Positions 57,095-64,000 of a DNA stretch of 64,000 nucleotides are shown here, piece by piece (position 1 is the stretch's first letter; the number at the start of each line of letters is the position of its first letter). A program made the translations under genes and the position numbers. Source of the stretch: Gemmatimonadota bacterium (GTDB taxonomy: Bacteria > Gemmatimonadota > Gemmatimonadetes > Gemmatimonadales > GWC2-71-9); assembly GCA_039588295.1 (NCBI GenBank), contig JBDHAB010000009.1:1-64000 (forward strand). Reading direction: 5' to 3'. Under the pieces are notes generated by a model. That model was not told where the DNA came from. It worked only from the letters and a program-made list of their open reading frames with translations, and made no database searches.

Positions 57095-57589
57095 ATGTCA
57101 CACAGCCCACACGCTATCCAAGACTACTACCCGGAGGACGTCGCCCAGTGCTACGGTTGTGGCCGGCTCAACTCGCACGGTCATCAGCTCAAGAGTCACT
57201 GGGACGGTGATGAGACCGTGGCGACGTTCGTACCGCAGCCCTACCACACGGCGATTCCCGGGTACGTGTACGGTGGTCTGATCGCCTCCCTGATCGACTG
57301 CCATGGAACCGGCACGGCGGCGGCCGTTGCCGCGCGGATGGAAGGTTTCGACATCGAAGCGGCGCAGGTCTCGATCGATCGGGTGCCGCGCTTCGTCACG
57401 GCAGCGCTCAACGTCGAGTATCTTCGACCGACACCGCTCGGCCCGGTCTTGGAAATGCGGGGGACGGTGAGACAGGTGACCGAGCGAAAGATTGTGGTGG
57501 ACGCCACGGTTTCGGCGGACGGTGTGCTCACCGCTCGCGGGAGGGTGGTGGCCGTGCGCATGCCCGAGCATATGGTTGGCAGGGGATAA
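57095..57589 (+). CDS. PaaI-family thioesterase
   Basis: CYGCG, YGGLIASLIDCH, YLRPTP. Confidence 0.85.
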   Translation: MSHSPHAIQDYYPEDVAQCYGCGRLNSHGHQLKSHWDGDETVATFVPQPYHTAIPGYVYGGLIASLIDCHGTGTAAAVAARMEGFDIEAAQVSIDRVPRFVTAALNVEYLRPTPLGPVLEMRGTVRQVTERKIVVDATVSADGVLTARGRVVAVRMPEHMVGRG

Positions 57590-57614
57590 GGGATAAGGGA
57601 TAAGGGATAAGGGG
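57583..57614 (+). repeat. Heptamer tandem repeat (GGGATAA)x4 plus GGGG
   Basis: Exact units at 57583, 57590, 57597 and 57604; the first includes the thioesterase stop codon. Confidence 0.95.
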
Positions 57615-57665
57615 TGCCCCCGGGTATCACGTTGAATCGACCGAGAGGATACTGGGACCCGTGAC

Positions 57666-58568
57666 ATGACTGAGCGTCGAGTGGATTCACAAGAGTACTT
57701 TCGACCGACGCGTGCCCTGTCGGTCGTGATCGTACCACTGTTCTTAGTGCTGGCCGCGTCGCAGTTCACCGTGCCGTGGGGCGAAGGTGCGGTGTACCGG
57801 CCAGCGTCGGCGATATGGGGCATGAACGGCCATCGCGTCGTGGCGGCGATCGCCGAGCGTCATCTGCTGCCCATCACGCGCCTCCGCATCACGGAGTTGA
57901 TCGGCCCGTACTCCTTGGCGCAGATCGGGAATTGGGCCGACTGGTATCGGGGACGACCCGAAGGGCAGCACACGGCCACGTGGCATTACGTCAACATTCC
58001 GCCGGGTGAGGAGTATGCCGAGCCGGACTCGGAGACGCCGCGGGATCTCGTGCAGGCGATGCGGCTCCAGGAGCGGATACTCGGTGACGCCGGGCGCTCG
58101 CGAGAGGAGCGCGCGGTGGCGCTCAAGCTCTTGGTGCACTTCATCGGCGACGCACATCAGCCGCTTCACGCAGGCTATGCGGCGGACCGCGGCGGCAACC
58201 TCGTGCAGGTCCGCTGGTTCGGCATGGTCACCAACCTGCATAGCGTCTGGGATTCGCACCTCGTTGAGCACCAGCGTCTCAGCTACACCGAGTACGTCGA
58301 TTTCCTCGACTTCGCATCGGCGGAAGACATCGGTGCATGGAGCGACTCACGCTATCTGGACTGGATCGAGGAATCGCGGGCGCTGCTTAACCAGGCGTAC
58401 GCACCGATCCGCTCCGTGGAGCAGGACGAGATTCCCGATCTCGGTTGGGACTACGTCAACGCGATGACCCCAGTGTTCGAGCGGCGGTTGCTGCAAGGGG
58501 GCATTCGGTTGGCCGGTGTATTGAACCGGGTGTTGGGGGGGGTGGTACGACCGGCACCTGAGCATTAG
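57666..58568 (+). CDS. S1/P1 nuclease
   Basis: WGMNGH, WAD, WHYVN, HFIGDAHQPLH, GGN, NLHSVWD. Confidence 0.93.
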   Translation: MTERRVDSQEYFRPTRALSVVIVPLFLVLAASQFTVPWGEGAVYRPASAIWGMNGHRVVAAIAERHLLPITRLRITELIGPYSLAQIGNWADWYRGRPEGQHTATWHYVNIPPGEEYAEPDSETPRDLVQAMRLQERILGDAGRSREERAVALKLLVHFIGDAHQPLHAGYAADRGGNLVQVRWFGMVTNLHSVWDSHLVEHQRLSYTEYVDFLDFASAEDIGAWSDSRYLDWIEESRALLNQAYAPIRSVEQDEIPDLGWDYVNAMTPVFERRLLQGGIRLAGVLNRVLGGVVRPAPEH

Positions 58569-58616
58569 TGGAGCGCGGCCCCGGCCGGGCACGCGTCGCG
58601 AACAGCGGAGGGGACG

Positions 58617-60608
58617 ATGTCTAGCGCAACGTTGACTCGCGGTTCACCTGTCATACGGTCCGTCGTGCTCGCAGCGGCGCTGAGCGGTGGTCTCATCCCT
58701 GGTGCCGAACTTGTCGCGCAGCAGCTCGAAGTCCCGGACATCCTCGAGCCCCACATCACGTTTCTCTCAAGCGCTCCCGCGATCGACGGTATTCTGGATC
58801 AGGACCTCGTTCGCCTGCTACCTCAGCGGGAGTTTGCCTTCACCCACGTGGGGGACGAGTACTATGCGATGGGGGATGCTGCCGAGAGCCCAGATGCTCC
58901 GGCCAGTTACCGGCTCGGGTACGGAACGGATTTCTTCTACGTGTACGTGGAGGCTGAGGCCGACAAGCTCACCTTCCGGGACCGCGCCTATCAGAACGGC
59001 GACGGGTTCAGCCTGGTACTCGCCGTTCCCCGACCGGGCAATGCTCCCACCGACGAGTTCTACGTCCTCTCATGCTCGGCGGTGAATCAGCGGCGGATGG
59101 AGTGGACCAGGCGCGTGTTCTGGTACTACAACGTCGACGACATCTTCGTGCGTACCAGCGATGAGACCAGGTTGGAATTCCGCGAGGGCGACGGGGAGAT
59201 CAGCTTCGAGCTGTACCTGCCGTGGAAGGATGTCCATCCGTACCACCCTTGGCTCTCGGACGGCATCGGCTTCAACCTGCGCTTCGTAAAGGCCATCGAG
59301 GACGGAGGCAGGGACTTCTACCTCGTGGCTCCGTACTCTGTCGGCGCGGAGAACAGCAACCGGCAGTACCTGAGACTCGACTTCGAGACGCCGCGACTCG
59401 AGGGTGACGCGTCACAGACATTCGCGCTGGTCCAGCCGAACACGGTTGGCGCCGGCGACAGCCTGCGTGCGATGATCGCCACCGTATCCGATCGGCCCTT
59501 CACTCAGGACATGCGCCTGGACGTGCGGTCGGGTGAGGGACAGACCGTGAAGGTCCACCGGCGGCAGTTGGATCATGAGGCTGGTCTCACGGTCAACGAG
59601 TTGACCGTGGATACCAAGGGCATTCCGCCGGGTGGCTACCGCATGGAGTGGCAGTCACAAACGAACGGCGCGCGAGTCGAGAAGGGACTCACGGTGTTGC
59701 CTCCGGTGGATCTGTTCGAGCTGGGCCGCCGACACACAACGGTCCGTAGCAGGCTCTCGGAAGGGAGCTACTCAACGATCGAATTCTATCTCCAGGAGAT
59801 CGAGCAACAGCTCGCAGCCCTCAAGCCCTACGAGACCGCGGCCGCACAGAGGCTTCGGATGGTGCAGATCACCGACTATATGGAGCGGGCGCTCCGGGGC
59901 GAGGATGCGATCGCGGAGCGGAGGGAGTTCGTCCGCCGCGCGTATCGTTCGACGCTCGACAACACGTTGCAGCCGTATGTCGTGTGGGTCCCACCGGACT
60001 TCGATCCCGAGAAACGATATCCGCTCCTCGTGTTCCTCCATGGCAGCGCGTCTGATGAGACCAATATCGTGGGAGGCGGGAGGTTCATCCCGGACGGCTT
60101 CATCGCCCTGGGTCCCAAAGGGCGAGGCCCGTCCAACGCCTGGAGCTGGGATCACGCTCAGGAGGATGTTGCAGAGTCGATCGATGCCGTGATCGCCAAC
60201 TACCCGATCGACACCGACAGGATCGTGCTTTCGGGCTTCTCGATGGGAGGGTACGGTGTGTACCGTACCTTTTACGAGACGCCGGACAAGTACAAAGCTG
60301 TGGTCGTGTTGAGCGGGGCGCCCAACCTTGCGAACCAGTATGCCGACGACGACAGGTTCCCGGACTTCAACCAGGATCGGTATCTCGAGGTGTTCGAAGG
60401 AATCCCGATGTTCGTGTTCCATGGTCGCCGGGATCGGAACGTCCCGTTCGGGCCGACTGCCGCATTGGTTGACAAGCTCAAAGCGGTCGGTGCCAGCGTG
60501 GAATTTCACGTGGAGGATGACAAGGGTCACGAGTCTCCAGGCGCCGAGACAGTCAGCGCGCTGCATCGGTGGCTGAGGCGCGTGCTCGGATTGGCGGAGC
60601 CGAAATGA
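58617..60608 (+). CDS. Secreted alpha/beta hydrolase with N-terminal CBM9-like domain
   Basis: APAIDG N-terminus; LVFLHG, GFSMGG, HGRRD, KGH. Confidence 0.8.
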   Translation: MSSATLTRGSPVIRSVVLAAALSGGLIPGAELVAQQLEVPDILEPHITFLSSAPAIDGILDQDLVRLLPQREFAFTHVGDEYYAMGDAAESPDAPASYRLGYGTDFFYVYVEAEADKLTFRDRAYQNGDGFSLVLAVPRPGNAPTDEFYVLSCSAVNQRRMEWTRRVFWYYNVDDIFVRTSDETRLEFREGDGEISFELYLPWKDVHPYHPWLSDGIGFNLRFVKAIEDGGRDFYLVAPYSVGAENSNRQYLRLDFETPRLEGDASQTFALVQPNTVGAGDSLRAMIATVSDRPFTQDMRLDVRSGEGQTVKVHRRQLDHEAGLTVNELTVDTKGIPPGGYRMEWQSQTNGARVEKGLTVLPPVDLFELGRRHTTVRSRLSEGSYSTIEFYLQEIEQQLAALKPYETAAAQRLRMVQITDYMERALRGEDAIAERREFVRRAYRSTLDNTLQPYVVWVPPDFDPEKRYPLLVFLHGSASDETNIVGGGRFIPDGFIALGPKGRGPSNAWSWDHAQEDVAESIDAVIANYPIDTDRIVLSGFSMGGYGVYRTFYETPDKYKAVVVLSGAPNLANQYADDDRFPDFNQDRYLEVFEGIPMFVFHGRRDRNVPFGPTAALVDKLKAVGASVEFHVEDDKGHESPGAETVSALHRWLRRVLGLAEPK

Positions 60609-61810
60609 GCCTCTCCCGTCGTACCTTCCTTGGCGGTGTGGCGGCCGCAGCGCTTGGGGAACCGGGCCAGCTTCCTGCCCGGACCGGGCACACTGCTGCA
60701 ACGACTGACCGGTTCGACCCGTGGCTCGAAGTCGATAGTGCCGCCCTGCGCTACAACGTCAGGGTGGTTTCCCGCTTGGTGGGCGGCCGGCCGATCATGG
60801 CGGTCGTCAAGAACAACGCCTACGGACTGGGGCTCACGACCGTGGCTACCGCGATCGAGTCGCTTCCGGAGATCATGGGGTTCGCGGTGGTGCGGACGGC
60901 GGCGGCATTGGAGTTGCGCGAAGCCGGCGTCCGGAAACCTGTGTTGCTGATGGGACTTTTCGCGGACGCTGACGGGGCGGCGCTGGTCGCCCGGGGCATC
61001 CACCTCAGCCTCTGCACCGACGATGCCGGGGAACGCGTCGCCCGAGCCGTCGAACGGGCCGGCCGCCCCGCGCACGTACACCTGTACGTCGACACGGGCA
61101 TGAGCCGGATGGGTGTGCCGTATCACCGGGCGCTGTCCTGGGTGCTCGACGCCGGCCGGCTCGAGGGTGTGCACATCGAAGGGATGTTCACGGCGTTCAC
61201 CGAGGATCCCGAGTTCGACCAGGAGCAACTCCGACGCTTCACGGCGCTGGCCGGTGCAGCCCGTGCGCGCGGCGCGAATCTAGGTCGTCTGCACGCCGCT
61301 TCCTCCGCCGGGGTATTCAACTTCAGTGAGGCGCACCTCGATCTGGTGCGACCCGGCATCGCGCTCTTCGGCGCCTACCCGAGCGATGCGGCGACCGAGC
61401 GCACCATCGCTGAACTCCGGCCTGCCGTGCGGCTCCGCGCCCGCGTCGTGCGAGTGGAGCAACTCCGCCCTGGCGACAGCGTGAGCTACGGCCGCAGGTA
61501 TGTGGCCTCGGAGCCAACCTGGATCGCGACGCTTCCGGTTGGTCACGCGGATGGCTACCCGCGCGCTGCGGTGAGCGGTAGCGTGGTGCTGATCAACAGC
61601 CGGCTGTACCCAGTGATCGGCGCTGTGAGTGCGAGCCACACCATCGTGAACGTCGGCAGCGAGCGCACTGCCGCGATCGGCGACAGTGCGACGCTCCTGG
61701 GTCCGGACGACCCCGCGATTCACCCCAACGCGCTCGCGACCACGGCGGGCGTGTCGGTGTACGACGTGCTGATGCACCTCAACCCAAGGCTGCCGAAAGT
61801 CACGGTGTGA
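60605..61810 (+). CDS. alr: Alanine racemase family protein with twin-arginine signal
   Basis: AVVKNNAYGLG, DTGMSRMG, VRPGIALFG, VSYG, GHADG; N-terminal SRRTFLG. Confidence 0.88.
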   Translation: MSLSRRTFLGGVAAAALGEPGQLPARTGHTAATTDRFDPWLEVDSAALRYNVRVVSRLVGGRPIMAVVKNNAYGLGLTTVATAIESLPEIMGFAVVRTAAALELREAGVRKPVLLMGLFADADGAALVARGIHLSLCTDDAGERVARAVERAGRPAHVHLYVDTGMSRMGVPYHRALSWVLDAGRLEGVHIEGMFTAFTEDPEFDQEQLRRFTALAGAARARGANLGRLHAASSAGVFNFSEAHLDLVRPGIALFGAYPSDAATERTIAELRPAVRLRARVVRVEQLRPGDSVSYGRRYVASEPTWIATLPVGHADGYPRAAVSGSVVLINSRLYPVIGAVSASHTIVNVGSERTAAIGDSATLLGPDDPAIHPNALATTAGVSVYDVLMHLNPRLPKVTV

Positions 61811-61817
61811 GGCTGGC

Positions 61818-62411
61818 ATGATTGCCGTGCGGATCCTGGCGTTGTCGTCTGTAATCTTGGCTGCCGTGCCGGCCGGCCCGGCAACGAGCCAGCACGCTGT
61901 GCCGATGCCGGTCTCGCGTCGCGCGTCGCACCTCATGCGCACTGTCATGCAGGAATCCGGCACGGACACGATCAAGGTCGATACCGGCTCCTTCACCGTG
62001 GAGCTTCGCGACAAGGAGTTTCTCGCCATCATGGATGGTGGGATTCACGGGGTATCGGGCCACCGGGTTGTCGTATCGACTTACGGGGTAGCGCGGTGGG
62101 AGCGGACGGTCGACTCGGTCGATCCGCAGGGAGAATCCGGCAGCGGACTGACCCGCTTGTCGAACCGCGATCGCGACCAACTCGCTGAGTGGGCGGACCG
62201 GGCGTGGGCGGCCGCGCGCTCGGAGGGAGGTCGCGCCAATCTCTCCAAGCCATCGTTCCCGCCAGAAGTACCTCGCTGGGTGTGGGCCATTGTGGTGCGG
62301 CGTGGGGACGACGTCGGGATCGTGGTAGGCAATGACAACGCGCCCAAGGAATTCCGGCCAATCCTGGAGTGGCTGCGGGAGAACGTGGATGGGTGGGTGT
62401 TGGGGTCGTGA
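61818..62411 (+). CDS. Hypothetical secreted protein
   Basis: Signal-like N-terminus; follows the racemase gene closely. Confidence 0.55.
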   Translation: MIAVRILALSSVILAAVPAGPATSQHAVPMPVSRRASHLMRTVMQESGTDTIKVDTGSFTVELRDKEFLAIMDGGIHGVSGHRVVVSTYGVARWERTVDSVDPQGESGSGLTRLSNRDRDQLAEWADRAWAAARSEGGRANLSKPSFPPEVPRWVWAIVVRRGDDVGIVVGNDNAPKEFRPILEWLRENVDGWVLGS

Positions 62412-62469
62412 TCGCCCGCCGATGCCGGTCAGTGGCTCAGCTACTCGGCAGCAAAGCTGTTGGGCGAGA

Positions 62470-62679
62470 TGCGGGAAGCGGGCAGTCCTGGTTCTGGTCC
62501 AGCAAAGCGACGGCCAGTTTCGTGCCACAGCGCCGCAGCTGCCAGAGTTGGTAGTCGAGGGGCCGACTGCCGAAGAGGCGGTAAGACAGATTCGCGATAC
62601 CGTGATCGCGGAGCGACTTGGGCTTGAAGCCCGTGGTGAAGAGATCCCAATGTCAAGAGTGAACGCCATATACGCCTAA
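62470..62679 (+). CDS. HicB-like antitoxin domain (start unclear, possibly a remnant)
   Basis: QQSDGQFRATAPQLPELVVEGPTAEEAVRQIRD...GEEIP matches the HicB N-terminal pattern. Confidence 0.55.
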   Translation, partial: CGKRAVLVLVQQSDGQFRATAPQLPELVVEGPTAEEAVRQIRDTVIAERLGLEARGEEIPMSRVNAIYA

Positions 62680-62813
62680 CAACCTAACCGCACCTCTTTC
62701 AGGACGTGTCGTCGTCGAATCTTGTTCGGTAAAGCATCGCCTGCTACGGTGTTGCGCTATCCGAGGCAGTTTCTTCGGCTGAGACTCCGGTCGTCGATGC
62801 GGTGGGAATACCC

Positions 62814-63980
62814 TTACAGAGCGAAATCTCCGCCCAGCAAGAACCCGCAGTCCCTGGTGGACTTGGGTACGGATCCGTCGAGCCTCTGACTTTTGACGCA
62901 GTTCAGTCCAACGACGAGCCCCAAGTCTTTCCAACGTCCGAACGATATTCCCAGAACCAAGTCGTCCAGGAGACCGCCCGGAAGTATGTTGGTCCCCAAT
63001 GCGAGTCCTAGTGAAGGAAACGACCGCCACGGGAGCCTCGGCTGCAAACCGTGAAAAGGATAAAACTGACCGAAGAGGTACAGCGCTTGTCTGAGGTCCG
63101 CCCCCCTTGACACCAGAGCAGTGTCCTTGTATTCGCGCGTTGCGGCCCAAGTGGTGACGGCGGCTCCAAGACTTACGCCAAAGGGCGACCCCGAGTGGTT
63201 GCCGAAGCTGTAATGGATGCCTCTGGCGCTGTCGCCGAAGAACTCTACGCTCGGCGCCACACGACGAAAGGAAATCCTGTTTCGTGTGTTCTCCGATAGC
63301 GAAAACCGGTGCATTGCCACGTACAACGCGAGCGTATCTCCCGTGGTATCCGTCGTCTTCCCCAGAAGACGCAGGTGAAGTCCGACAGTGGTGTCCCGAG
63401 TAGCTGCAGGGTCCGACGGGGTCCGGCCTCCAATGAGGGATTTGACGAGGGACACGAGGACTCGGTCCTTCTTGTACTCCAGAGAAGTCAGTGTTACCTC
63501 GATACCGGCGCCTCCGGCTTCGGTCGTGGTGGTGGTAGTCGTTATGGTGTGCGCGGTATCAGCCTTGATGAGGGCAGTATCACTTTGGCCACCGGTTGTG
63601 TCCTTCCTGCTTTCAATAGTGACTCTCATTGTCGAATCTGTCGTGACGCGTGGCGGCCGGTGGAACGGACTCTCGGAGAAGACTAGCAGCCAGAGATGCC
63701 TCTTGCCGGGCAGCTCGTGTTGAAGCTTGCCGTCAAGTATCAGTCCCTGTCTGGTTGTACTGTCCTTTCTGATGAACACCACGAAGTCGGACAGCGACGA
63801 ATCAAACATGCTACCGAAGTACTTCTCGAGCACTGGGTTCCAGTTTGGCACCGTATCGCCGTCAACAATCGTGTCGCGTCCCAAGAGTCCGTGTAGATGT
63901 CTGATTCCCGCGGCATCAAACGCCGGCGTGGTGCCTGTCTTAAATGGCGGTGCGCACCCGACCAAGATCCATAGATACAC
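62814..63980 (-). CDS. Hypothetical exported protein (start may lie beyond the window)
   Basis: 388-aa open frame, visibly less GC-biased than flanking genes, Thr-rich linker, beta-strand-like C-terminus. Confidence 0.65.
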   Translation of the reverse strand: MYLWILVGCAPPFKTGTTPAFDAAGIRHLHGLLGRDTIVDGDTVPNWNPVLEKYFGSMFDSSLSDFVVFIRKDSTTRQGLILDGKLQHELPGKRHLWLLVFSESPFHRPPRVTTDSTMRVTIESRKDTTGGQSDTALIKADTAHTITTTTTTTEAGGAGIEVTLTSLEYKKDRVLVSLVKSLIGGRTPSDPAATRDTTVGLHLRLLGKTTDTTGDTLALYVAMHRFSLSENTRNRISFRRVAPSVEFFGDSARGIHYSFGNHSGSPFGVSLGAAVTTWAATREYKDTALVSRGADLRQALYLFGQFYPFHGLQPRLPWRSFPSLGLALGTNILPGGLLDDLVLGISFGRWKDLGLVVGLNCVKSQRLDGSVPKSTRDCGFLLGGDFAL

Positions 63981-64000
63981 TGTGACCGCGACAACCGGGC

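Noticed and set aside
1..64000. CRISPR array, rRNA or tRNA genes (including tRNA-Sec)
   Set aside because: No regularly spaced repeat-spacer series and no cloverleaf or rRNA-like segment recognised by eye; tRNAscan/cmscan not run

Overview
GC-rich bacterial window; gene content and lipoprotein style suggest a Gemmatimonadota-like organism (inference only). From left to right: (1) the 3' end of an RHS polymorphic toxin with a small membrane gene; (2) a minus-strand surface-protein cluster (1.7-6.6 kb) with cohesin-like and dockerin-like domains, an unannotated 59-aa RiPP/lasso-type precursor and a duplicated ~80-nt palindromic leader; (3) methyltransferases, a TPR lipoprotein and a broken APC permease; (4) two tandem selenoprotein genes split at UGA in the ORF track (deiodinase-like and AhpC/TSA-like, both U-P-Y-C with downstream hairpins); (5) a complete IS3-family element; (6) a TPR protein, an unannotated 53-aa lipopeptide and an AraC regulator resembling a peptide-signalling cassette; (7) assorted enzymes; (8) a ~15-kb purine-catabolism/molybdenum hydroxylase cluster (xdh, ygfK-like, ssnA, ygeY, ygeW-like, two PLP enzymes, a second three-subunit Mo enzyme); (9) mltG, an uncharacterised membrane/VWA trio and peptidases; (10) a Prx-rhodanese/persulfide dioxygenase-SQR sulfur module, an S1/P1 nuclease, a Tat-signal alanine racemase and a possible attC-like site. 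No rRNA, tRNA or CRISPR array was seen. All calls come from reading motifs by eye; no searches were run.
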